Shown here in pieces: positions 18,133 through 26,500 of a stretch of DNA of 29,027 nucleotides. A program made the position numbers and the translations under genes. Positions within the stretch are counted from its first letter, which is position 1, and each line of letters opens with the position of its first letter. This DNA comes from a virus. Its lineage: Duplodnaviria; Caudoviricetes. The DNA lies in IMG/VR virus record IMGVR_UViG_3300017903_001998, positions 1 through 29,027 of that record, one strand, 5' to 3'. The notes beneath the pieces were generated by a model. The model was not told the origin of the DNA. It was given only the letters and a program-made list of their open reading frames with translations, and searched no databases.

Positions 18133-18453
18133 TTAAACCCTATCGCCGTTTTGCGCTCGGGTCAATGCGTTTATGCCGTGTAAAATCCCGTCCGCAAAAT
18201 CATATGTTTCTCTTCGGGTTCCTCGGGGGCTAATATCTCGGGCGCCCCCACCTTCGGTCATCTGCTCAATACGAAAACCACCATACGCGCCCGAAATATA
18301 ATAAACCCCGCCGTTCGGCGTAAGGCGCCCATGTTCGTCGCGTTTTATCGTGCCGTCTTCATTACATGCATAGGTATCATTGGGGCGCCCTAACGCCCCG
18401 TTGATATCTTTAATTTTACTCTCAAGCATTGCTGCAGTTATACGTTGTGTCAT
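18133..18453 (-). CDS. Hypothetical protein
   Basis: 106 aa, AAAGGA RBS; Y.ISGAYGG motif. Confidence 0.7.
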   Translation of the reverse strand: MTQRITAAMLESKIKDINGALGRPNDTYACNEDGTIKRDEHGRLTPNGGVYYISGAYGGFRIEQMTEGGGARDISPRGTRRETYDFADGILHGINALTRAQNGDRV

Positions 18454-18455
18454 TG

Positions 18456-18668
18456 TTATATCCTTTCAATTCTAGACAATGAAAATTCTTGTTCAAACAA
18501 TCCCGCTAAATCTTTTTCGCTAACGCTATACGGGCTATGTTCAACAATGTGGTCTACTCGGCGCTTCGTCTCGTTGTTCAGCCAGTCAATCGCTTCATAT
18601 TCTTCTTCGAACGTCTCAATAACGGGGTTCGGATCAAGGCTATCAATTGCATATGTCACCTTCCACAT
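18456..18668 (-). CDS. Hypothetical protein
   Basis: 70 aa, acidic, GGGGA RBS. Confidence 0.6.
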   Translation of the reverse strand: MWKVTYAIDSLDPNPVIETFEEEYEAIDWLNNETKRRVDHIVEHSPYSVSEKDLAGLFEQEFSLSRIERI

Positions 18669-18670
18669 TG

Positions 18671-18889
18671 TTATGCTTCCCCCGTTGTTGCGAATATAAT
18701 GAACCCCGCTGCAAGGTCATTAATATGTTCGTGAATTTGGGCGCCGTCCCAATATTGGAACGGTTCCCATGCGTTTTCCTCACAAAAGGCATTGATTGTT
18801 TCATCTTTCCACGCGCTAACGCTATCTGGAAATTGCTCAGTCAAAACATGCGAACTAGCGGCAATAAATGCTCTATCTTCAATGTTCAT
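18671..18889 (-). CDS. Hypothetical protein
   Basis: 72 aa, AAGGA RBS. Confidence 0.6.
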   Translation of the reverse strand: MNIEDRAFIAASSHVLTEQFPDSVSAWKDETINAFCEENAWEPFQYWDGAQIHEHINDLAAGFIIFATTGEA

Positions 18890-18893
18890 TGCC

Positions 18894-19196
18894 TTATCCT
18901 TCCATAGTATGCGCTAACGTCACGTTCGCGCTAGTTGTGGGGTTGCCATTGCCAACAATAAACGTATAGCGATGAACATTGCATGCCAAAACGCCAAATT
19001 GCTTCGCGTCATGGTAGGTCATGAAACTGCCGTCTTCTTCCATATCTACTGGTTCCGACGTGCCGTAGTTCTCAACCGCCCAATGACAAAAATCATGAAA
19101 CGCCTTTTCATCTTCATATTCAAAACCGCTAGTGTCATCATAAAACAAAGCAGTTGCCCAAAAATCAGGTAATTCTAGTGTGATCGCCATAAACAT
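18894..19196 (-). CDS. Hypothetical protein (LPxFWAxALxxxDxSG motif, DUF6926-like)
   Basis: ELPDFWATALFYDDTSG; GAGGA RBS before ATG 19196. Confidence 0.6.
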   Translation of the reverse strand: MFMAITLELPDFWATALFYDDTSGFEYEDEKAFHDFCHWAVENYGTSEPVDMEEDGSFMTYHDAKQFGVLACNVHRYTFIVGNGNPTTSANVTLAHTMEG

Positions 19197-19210
19197 ACTA
19201 TCTTTCCTCT

Positions 19211-19459
19211 CTACTGCGCCCACGAAATAGGTTGAATTGAGATCAAATTGCGATCATTCTCTAAACCTTCAACCCAGAAATTATACATCTGTCTATGTCT
19301 AAAATATTTCTCGCTAATCTCTACCTCTGGCGACAATTCATAATTATCTATTATGAATTTCTTCGCGTATCTCTTCGCTTCTTCCTCTGTCTCGGCAAGC
19401 ATAGGTTCATGCCAATCATAGGGTTCGATCATCCATACATCACAAAACTTGTTAATCAT
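19211..19459 (-). CDS. Hypothetical protein
   Basis: MINKFCDVW...; GAGGAAAG RBS. Confidence 0.55.
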   Translation of the reverse strand: MINKFCDVWMIEPYDWHEPMLAETEEEAKRYAKKFIIDNYELSPEVEISEKYFRHRQMYNFWVEGLENDRNLISIQPISWAQ

Positions 19460-19473
19460 TGTTCTTTCCTCTC

Positions 19474-19701
19474 TTACCAATCAAAACCAGATGCAATTTC
19501 GCGCTCATGGTCATGGCGCAATTTCACAAATTTATGAACCGCATTGATTGCATCAATTGAATTTGTCGCCTTCGCGTCACTGATCAATTCCAAAATATCG
19601 CCGTCTTCCATACACTCAATTACAGTATCCCAACCGTCTTTCTCATAATTTGCATACGCATATTTACGAACCGCTACGATCATATCTTGTTCATTTTCCA
19701 T
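19474..19701 (-). CDS. Hypothetical protein
   Basis: MENEQDMIVAVRKYAYANYEKDGWD..IEC; AAGG RBS. Confidence 0.65.
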   Translation of the reverse strand: MENEQDMIVAVRKYAYANYEKDGWDTVIECMEDGDILELISDAKATNSIDAINAVHKFVKLRHDHEREIASGFDW

Positions 19702-19737
19702 CTTATTACCTTTCATAGGGCGTTATTGCCCACATAA

Positions 19738-19767
19738 ACTTTATCAAAAAGACAGCATGTTTTGCAA
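19738..19767 (-). promoter_or_regulatory. Sigma70-type leftward (early) promoter
   Basis: TTGCAA, 18 bp, TAAAGT with an extended TGn. Confidence 0.5.
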
Positions 19768-19786
19768 GGAAAAACGCAAAATATTT

Positions 19787-19990
19787 TACGTCAATTTACG
19801 TCAAAAATATTCACGTCAAAACTTGACGTAGTTGACGTAGCGTAGATTGTTAAGCAAAAACAACAACTTAGCGTTTTACGTCAACTACGTCAAAAATCAA
19901 ATTTGACGTAAATAACGTAATAAAATCAATAGGTTATTTTACGTCAACTACGTCAACCCCCCTATAGGGGGGTATAAACAATACCCCCCC
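19787..19990. repeat. Iteron-like array (10x TACGTCAA/TTGACGTA) with IHF-consensus sites and G/C palindromes; candidate origin or packaging signal
   Basis: Copies at 19787, 19797, 19812 (C variant), 19823r, 19832r, 19877, 19886, 19903r, 19940, 19949. AATCAATAGGTTA at 19924-19936. CCCCCCTATAGGGGGG at 19957-19972. Confidence 0.8.
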
Positions 19991-20043
19991 TTGATGTTTT
20001 TTGGCTTGCCGCAAATTCAAATAATTTACTACTCGCAGCATGC

Positions 20044-20073
20044 TTGACCATAGCGCATAGCCCAGTGTATTCT
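20044..20073 (+). promoter_or_regulatory. Sigma70-type promoter for terS
   Basis: TTGACC, 18 bp, TATTCT. Confidence 0.45.
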
Positions 20074-20105
20074 TGCCCCTAGGGGTTCAGAGGAAAGGTC
20101 AAGCA

Positions 20106-20639
20106 ATGCCAAATGTAGGCGAACAAATTGAAAAAGGCGGAAGACGGTTAACACCGCAGCAACAGAAATTTTTAGACAATTACATTCACGGCGATATGAC
20201 ACAAACAGCAGCAGCCAGAGCAGCGGGTTATAAAAGCCCTAACGTTCGTGCCGTGCAGCTATTAAACAATCCCGTTGTTAAAGAACGCATGGAAGAAATG
20301 CGCGATGAATTGCAAGCGAAATACGGCGTGACCATAGCCAAGAGCATAAGAGACCTTCAGATGATCAGAGACGCGGCACTGAGTGAGGGAAACTACTCTG
20401 CAGCTATCAAGGCAGAGGAAACACGCCTTCGCGCCTCTGGCGTCATGGTAGACAGAAAACACATAACCCACGAAAACATAGGCGCAATGAACCGAGAACA
20501 GATATTGGAACAGCTAAATTCATTTATCGATAAAGCAAAAACGCGAATGATCGATATAACGCCAGAGGAAGACGTTGCTGCAGACACTAAAGAACCCCAA
20601 GATGCTGGCATAACTTACAATAGCAACGAACCCACATAA
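20106..20639 (+). CDS. terS: Terminase small subunit
   Basis: LTPQQQKFLDNYI...TQTAAARAAGY...AVQLLNNPVV HTH and AAIKAEE...G motif; GAGGAAAGG RBS. Confidence 0.8.
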   Translation: MPNVGEQIEKGGRRLTPQQQKFLDNYIHGDMTQTAAARAAGYKSPNVRAVQLLNNPVVKERMEEMRDELQAKYGVTIAKSIRDLQMIRDAALSEGNYSAAIKAEETRLRASGVMVDRKHITHENIGAMNREQILEQLNSFIDKAKTRMIDITPEEDVAADTKEPQDAGITYNSNEPT

Positions 20640-20689
20640 ACACGGTATCTCTTGGCGCGGGGGCGGGAACGGGGGCGTTGCCCCGCCTC

Positions 20690-20957
20690 TCGGGGGCGTA
20701 CCTTCGGGCTTCGGGTTTTGCTTTTCGGGGTTCGGGTTCGGGGTTCGGGGTTTTGAGGAAGAGTAGGCGTTCTTCGGGTTCGGTATCTATTCTTCATGCC
20801 TTTATCCTCTCACGCATTGCGCCAAAAATGCATTGATCCACAAAACCCCTGGCATTTTCGTTAATTTCTGGAAATTGCAAATTTAGCAGCCGCTCTTGCA
20901 AAACCATTATTTACTCGGGTTCGGGCTTTTCGGGCTTCGGGTTCTTCGGGCTTCGGG
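20690..20957 (+). repeat. Two clusters of oriented (T)TCGGG short repeats
   Basis: 14 TCGGG copies counted, all on +: 8 in 20690-20778 and 6 in 20915-20957. Confidence 0.85.
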
Positions 20958-21041
20958 CTTTTTGCCATAGGCACTTCATACCTTATAGCTTCATAACCCT
21001 TTGTAAATACTACATTTTTTTTCTTTTTGGTCGTTTTTTTG

Positions 21042-21069
21042 TTGCACCGTGGCGCCGATTTGGTAATCT
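21042..21069 (+). promoter_or_regulatory. Sigma70-type promoter with T-tract UP-like element
   Basis: TTGCAC, 16 bp, TAATCT with TGn, preceded by long T-tracts. Confidence 0.45.
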
Positions 21070-21104
21070 GGGCTTGTCAGTAAAAAATGAAAGGATACTG
21101 AAAA

Positions 21105-21509
21105 ATGACTAACGTAGTAGAAATGACAGTTGCAGCGGTTGACACCCCAACCGAATTGCCACGCGGCGAACGCATCATCGAAAAACTGAACATGATGTTC
21201 ATGATGCTGCAAGCACAGCGCGATGATACCGCTGAGGCGATCCTGAACCAAGTGTTCGATGAGTTGCGCGAAATGGATAAGCCCGAAACTGTCATGAATG
21301 GCGATGCCGAGATTTTGCACCGCAAAATCACACGCGACCCAAACATCGATATCGTGTTGGCAAAAGTCACCCACGCTGATGGCCCAGTTGAATATGTGAC
21401 TTGGATACAAAATAAGGATGACGTTTCCCGTGGGCATGATGGCACATATCATGGTCACTATGTCCCAGAATATGACATGGCCTTGGATGACTTTTTGAAC
21501 CGTCAATAA
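21105..21509 (+). CDS. Hypothetical protein
   Basis: 134 aa, AAAGGA RBS; C-terminal YVTW...GHY...A..DF..R motif. Confidence 0.7.
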   Translation: MTNVVEMTVAAVDTPTELPRGERIIEKLNMMFMMLQAQRDDTAEAILNQVFDELREMDKPETVMNGDAEILHRKITRDPNIDIVLAKVTHADGPVEYVTWIQNKDDVSRGHDGTYHGHYVPEYDMALDDFLNRQ

Positions 21510-21558
21510 AACCAACTGGGGGGCATCGCCCCCCAACCATTCAAAAGAGGAAAGCAAA

Positions 21559-22296
21559 ATGAATATTGAAAATCTAATCGCATCGATGATGACAGAAAAC
21601 ACTGGCACCCACTTTCTCGACAGTGGTGGCGCCAATGGTCGCAACTGGCAGCGCAATAAAGGTTTGACCGCTGACATCCTGAAAGAAATGCCCAGCGCGA
21701 CACTCGAAGTGTCCATTCGCGAATATAGTGGGAGACCCCACGCCGATCTGTGCCCGACTGTGAATATCTTTCACAAATTGACTGGCGGCATGCTCGAGCT
21801 TGATGAGAGATGCGAAACATTCAACGCCATGCCCGTGCCCGACTGGGGTGATCAATTGTATGGCGTGTCAGATCGCGGAGCGGCATGGCTAATCGATCAA
21901 AAGTTTTCGTGGGATGATGAGGGTCAATTCAACACTTACAACTGGGCTGCAAACCTATCCCAGACCCTATGCGGTAGGTTTATTGCCCACGATGATGGCA
22001 CCTATGTCCTACTGCAAATCCATGGCGGCGCCGATGTTCGAGGCGGATACACCGACGCCAAGCTATTCAGGTTGGATGACTGGGCTGAACAGCACGATGT
22101 TTACATCGATGATTGTGATTTCAGTGTCGAGTGTCACCCCGACGAATGGATCGGCGTTTCATGGTCAGGCGAATGGATCAATAACGATGGCGGATCGCTA
22201 ACCGATGATGAGGCGCTCGAGTTTGCCAACTATGCCGGATGCATCATCGGTGGGCCGGATGTCATCATCAATGGTGACTGTCGCACCGGATATTAA
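21559..22296 (+). CDS. Hypothetical phage protein with conserved-looking motifs
   Basis: 245 aa, GAGGA RBS; TGTHFLDSGGANGRNWQRN and LLQIHGGADVRGGYT. Confidence 0.75.
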   Translation: MNIENLIASMMTENTGTHFLDSGGANGRNWQRNKGLTADILKEMPSATLEVSIREYSGRPHADLCPTVNIFHKLTGGMLELDERCETFNAMPVPDWGDQLYGVSDRGAAWLIDQKFSWDDEGQFNTYNWAANLSQTLCGRFIAHDDGTYVLLQIHGGADVRGGYTDAKLFRLDDWAEQHDVYIDDCDFSVECHPDEWIGVSWSGEWINNDGGSLTDDEALEFANYAGCIIGGPDVIINGDCRTGY

Positions 22297-22470
22297 ACCC
22301 TAGGTACCCTAGGCCGGTCTGAGGGTTTCGGATCGGTCGGGGGTCGGGGGGTCATGCACCCCCCCTAAATACAAATCGGTTTCGGAAGTATGCTACACCA
22401 AGTTTCCCACGAACAATTCCCTACAAAAAGCATTTCAAGGTACCCTATGGGCTTTCAAGGTACCCTATGG
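22297..22470. repeat. GGTACCCT repeats and G/C hairpin; candidate terminus/pac region
   Basis: CCCTAGGTACCCTAGG near 22298; GGGGGGT-CATGC-ACCCCCC hairpin; TTTCAAGGTACCCTATGG twice in tandem (22433-22470). Confidence 0.6.
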
Positions 22471-22482
22471 TTATTGAGATTG

Positions 22483-22511
22483 TTGATTAAGTTTGCTGAA
22501 GATGTTAGTGT
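22483..22511 (+). promoter_or_regulatory. Candidate promoter for the late/structural operon
   Basis: TTGATT, 17 bp, TAGTGT with TGn, overlapping TCTAGA; GAGGA RBS downstream. Confidence 0.4.
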
Positions 22512-22533
22512 CTAGAAAAATGTGAGGACACTT

Positions 22534-23508
22534 ATGACTCGTTTTATGCCCGGAACACCACAAGAAGTTATTGATAAGGCGAATAATTCTCTTGGTATGA
22601 TTAGTCCTTCAAGCGTTAATACTACGACGACTGCTGATATTAGAGGTGGTTCGAATCCTGCTACTACTAAACCTTTTGCTGACATTTTGGCGCAGCTTTT
22701 CGGTAGAAGTACTCGCGGAGATTTGGAGAACAATCGCACCGCCTCTGACCCTGCGATTACTAACTTTGATCCGGCCCCATCTGAAATTCCCATTAATGAG
22801 ACGTGGGGTCCGCAGCCTACTTTAGGTAAGATGCCTCCTCCGCCGAAGTCTGATGATGGTTCTGGCGGTTATAGGGCTGAACGCAGAGTTTACGATGCTT
22901 TGAATGGCGGTATGAAGTCGTTTGATGAGTTTAAGGACAGCTATAATGGTCCTATGTTTGCTGCGCCTAGCTTTGCTGAGGATCAGCTTAAAACTGAGTA
23001 TGACAAGTACAAGGCGGATTTTAACAATCCTGCTACGCCTTCATCTGGCGCGACTCAGCCGACTTCTGCGCAGGGGCCGAGTTTAGATTATTTGGGTCAG
23101 ATGTTGAGCGGTGGTTTGGGTGGATATGGTATGTATCAACCGCAGCCTCAGCGTGGTATGTTTGGCGGTTTTGGTATGCCCATGATGCAGCCTATGTATG
23201 GTATGGGGATGGGTCTTGGCGGCTATGGTGGTTACGGCGGCTATGGCGGTGGTTATGGTGGCATGGGTTACGGAGGTTTTGGCGGCTATGGTGGCGGCAT
23301 GTCGCCGTTTGGCATGGGCTTGGGTGGTTACGGAGGTTACGGCGGTGGTATGCCGTATGGTAACATGTATGGCGGTGGTTTTTATAATACTATGCCTCAA
23401 CAGGGTTATACTCAGCAGCCTCAAGCGACGAATACGCAATCGTTTGCTGGTGAATCGCCGTTTGGCGCGGGTTCTCTCTTTGGCTCGTTAGGTTCTATTG
23501 CTCGATAG
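22534..23508 (+). CDS. Low-complexity protein with G/Y/M-rich repeat domain
   Basis: GGYGG/GMG repeats across about 110 aa; GAGGA RBS before ATG 22534. Confidence 0.7.
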   Translation: MTRFMPGTPQEVIDKANNSLGMISPSSVNTTTTADIRGGSNPATTKPFADILAQLFGRSTRGDLENNRTASDPAITNFDPAPSEIPINETWGPQPTLGKMPPPPKSDDGSGGYRAERRVYDALNGGMKSFDEFKDSYNGPMFAAPSFAEDQLKTEYDKYKADFNNPATPSSGATQPTSAQGPSLDYLGQMLSGGLGGYGMYQPQPQRGMFGGFGMPMMQPMYGMGMGLGGYGGYGGYGGGYGGMGYGGFGGYGGGMSPFGMGLGGYGGYGGGMPYGNMYGGGFYNTMPQQGYTQQPQATNTQSFAGESPFGAGSLFGSLGSIAR

Positions 23509-23516
23509 GAGTTTTC

Positions 23517-26500
23517 ATGACTGTTTTTGCTAAATCGTTTGGTCCGCCTCCACCCCCTGCTGGTGGTCCGATGGGTGGTCCTCCTCCTGCGGGTGGTGGG
23601 ATGCCACCTGCGCCTCAACAGTTTCCTGCTCCTACTGGTGGTCCACAGGCACCGTTGCCTGCTGGCAATGCGGGTCGTCGCAAGAAGTTTGGCGCTGCGT
23701 TAGAGGGTATGATACAGCCTCCTGCTCGTCCACCTCAGCCGCCGCAGCGACAGATGCCGCCTATGCCGCCTCAACTTCCGCCTCGGATGGGTGGTAATTC
23801 GCCTGCGATGATGCCTCGTAATCCGATGGTTGCACCGGGCACTCCTATGATGCGGACGCCGACTGCTCGACCTATGGCGATGGGTGGAGAGGTTGATATA
23901 TTTGGCTATGATGATGGTGGCGCAGTTATGGGCACTTACGGCTGGGGTGGCGGTGAGGGAACTTACGGCGTTACGCAGGCTCGTGATAGTTTTGGCGACA
24001 TTGTTCCGGGCATGTTTGTCGCGAAATATGCGGATGGATCGTATTCCGCGCCTGTAACTGCTGCGAATGTTGAGGGTTTGCGTCAGGGTATTTTGAATGG
24101 CACTGTGACGAGCGGTGATTATACTGCTGATGAAGCTGCAAATATGGCTGGTGGTAGTACGTATTTAAAGACAGACAATGTGAATGTTGTTGATGAGGAC
24201 GTATCTGGTGGTTTTGGCAGTGCGTTGGGCATGTCGAATGAGATGCTTGGCAATGACACGGTATTTGTTAATTTTGCTGATGGTACTAAGGTTACTACTC
24301 AGAAGGGCATGATTGATGCTATGAATGAGTATGGCTTATTTGATGGCATTCAGAGTCGCGATGATTTCAACAAGATGGTAGGTGACATTAGTGCTGCGAG
24401 TGTTCGTGATCCTGAGAGTGATTTGGGCAAGGCTCATTCGTTGTTTAACGAGAAGCAGATTGCGTACAATGAGGCGCTTAGAAATTCTGATCCTAATATT
24501 CAAAAGAACATTGATACGTTTAGGGGGTATTACGCCCCTGAACCTGCCTCTAGCACTGTGCCTGATCCTTCTTCTAGCACTGTTGATCCGTATAGTGGAT
24601 CATACACGCCTGATCCTGTTGATAGCAGTCAGGTTGGTGAGATTAACTATGATGACTTTACTGGCGACATTGGCGCGACATATACTGGGTATCCAGAAAC
24701 AAGCCAAACCCCTGATAATGCTGCATTATTTGGTCCGAATGTAAATATACCGCAGCGAGTATCGCAGTATTACACGGATGCGGTTACGGGTGGTTTAACG
24801 ACGACGAATGGCCCTGTTATGACGGCTACGAGTCCGATTGGGGCTATTAATTTGCCTGCTCGTCCAGTTTCTATAGATATTTTTGATTGGCTTCGCAGTC
24901 CTACATATGGTTCGATTGATCCGATTAAGAATGCTAAAGAGGAAGAAGAAGCGTCTTTGGGTCTTGGCGACAATATTTTAAAGCTTCAAGAGGGTGGTGC
25001 TGTTAATAGCTTTGACGATGGGACGTATACGATCCGTGATTTAAACTCTGGTGAGACTGAGAAGTATGAATCTGGTCAGAGTTACGGGGAGGAAGACTTG
25101 CCTGCGGATGTTGCGTATTCGAAGCAAGTTCAAGAAAACCGTGAGAAGTTGGGTTTACCTGCGAATGAGACGAGTGCTTGGAGCATGTGGCAGCAGGGAA
25201 CTCACTGGAGTCAGCAGAGGAGTTCTACTCCTGATTGGATTAGTGCGCCTGATGAGGGTTCAATAAATAAACAGGTCATTACGCCGATTGCAAATCCTGA
25301 CACTGGTGAAATTTTCAATGCTCCTAATTCAGGTTATACGTTAGCTGCCGAGTCTGCTCAAGCTACTGAGCCTGCTCAGATTAACTATGACAACTTTACG
25401 GGTGATATTGGCGAGACTTACGGTGGTTATCCAGAGGGGAGTCGAACACCTGACACGGCTGCGTTGTTTGGCCCGAACGTGAATATTCCGAAGGTTGAGT
25501 CTAAGTATGTACAAGACCCAGTGACGCGGACGATTACGACAACAAATGGTCCTCGTATGACTGCGGTTAGTCCGATTGGTGCAATTAATTTACCTGCAAG
25601 TCCGATTGACTTGGATATTTTTGATTTCTTGCGTGATCCGACATATGGGTCTCTTAATCCAATTGGCTTGAAAAATGGCGGTAGTGTTCCTCGCAACACT
25701 ATGATTGCTGATCAGCCGCATATGTTGGCGTATATTAATCAGGATGAAGAGGCATTGCTTCGTAGCTTTGGCGGTTCTGGGGTTTCTGGCCCCGGTGGTA
25801 TTCCGAGTTATCCGCCTGATAGTGTGATTGATGCTGATTACAGTATTATTAGCGGCGGTGGTGGTCATCCGACTGATGACGACGATAAGCCGTCTAAAAA
25901 TGTGACTTACTATGAACCGCCCGGGTTTGACTTTGACGGAGATGGTGTTTCTGGCGAAGGCAGTGATGTTTTAGATAACAACGACTCTAATCCGTTTGTT
26001 GATATCGACGATGATCCTGTAACGCCTGTAACGCCGACTTATGATCCAAGTGATGAGGATTATGGTGGTGAGTCTAGCGAGACAGACTTTGATCAGCCTG
26101 TAGTGGTTGATAAAACTGTAGTTACGCCCAAGCCGAAGCCTCGTCCGACATATAACGATCTTCATGGGAATACATTTTATTCTCAAGCTGAGGCGGATGC
26201 ATCGAACCGTGCGTATGCTGCGCAAGCGGCTTTGTATGGTTCTGGCAAGGTTGGTTTTGATCGTTTTAAGTCTGATGCAGCGTCTGTATTCCCGGGTCGT
26301 GACCGAGAGGAGACGGATCGCATGGCTGCGAGAGCGTATCCTGATTTTGTTGAGAATTACTCTCGTGATATTAACATCTTTGACGCAGCACCGTACACAT
26401 ATGCTGGTATTGGTGGGGTTGGTGCTGGTCCTGCGGATGGTGGTGTAGGTATTACGCCTGCGCCAGTTGTTGATCCTAGCGTTTCGCCTACTGAGGATGT

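Noticed and set aside
19787-19956. CRISPR array
   Set aside because: The repeats are only 8 bp, occur in both orientations and have irregular short gaps with no unique 30-40 bp spacers.
20615-20797. 60-aa minus-strand ORF rich in P/R/T
   Set aside because: Its composition is a by-product of the TCGGG repeats; more likely non-coding.
20991-21716. 241-aa minus-strand ORF
   Set aside because: It is the antisense shadow of two + genes that have clear RBS and promoter; the translation shows no recognisable motifs.
24642-25664. Diversity-generating retroelement TR/VR pair
   Set aside because: Differences are not adenine-specific and are largely synonymous, both copies are in frame, and no reverse transcriptase is in the window.
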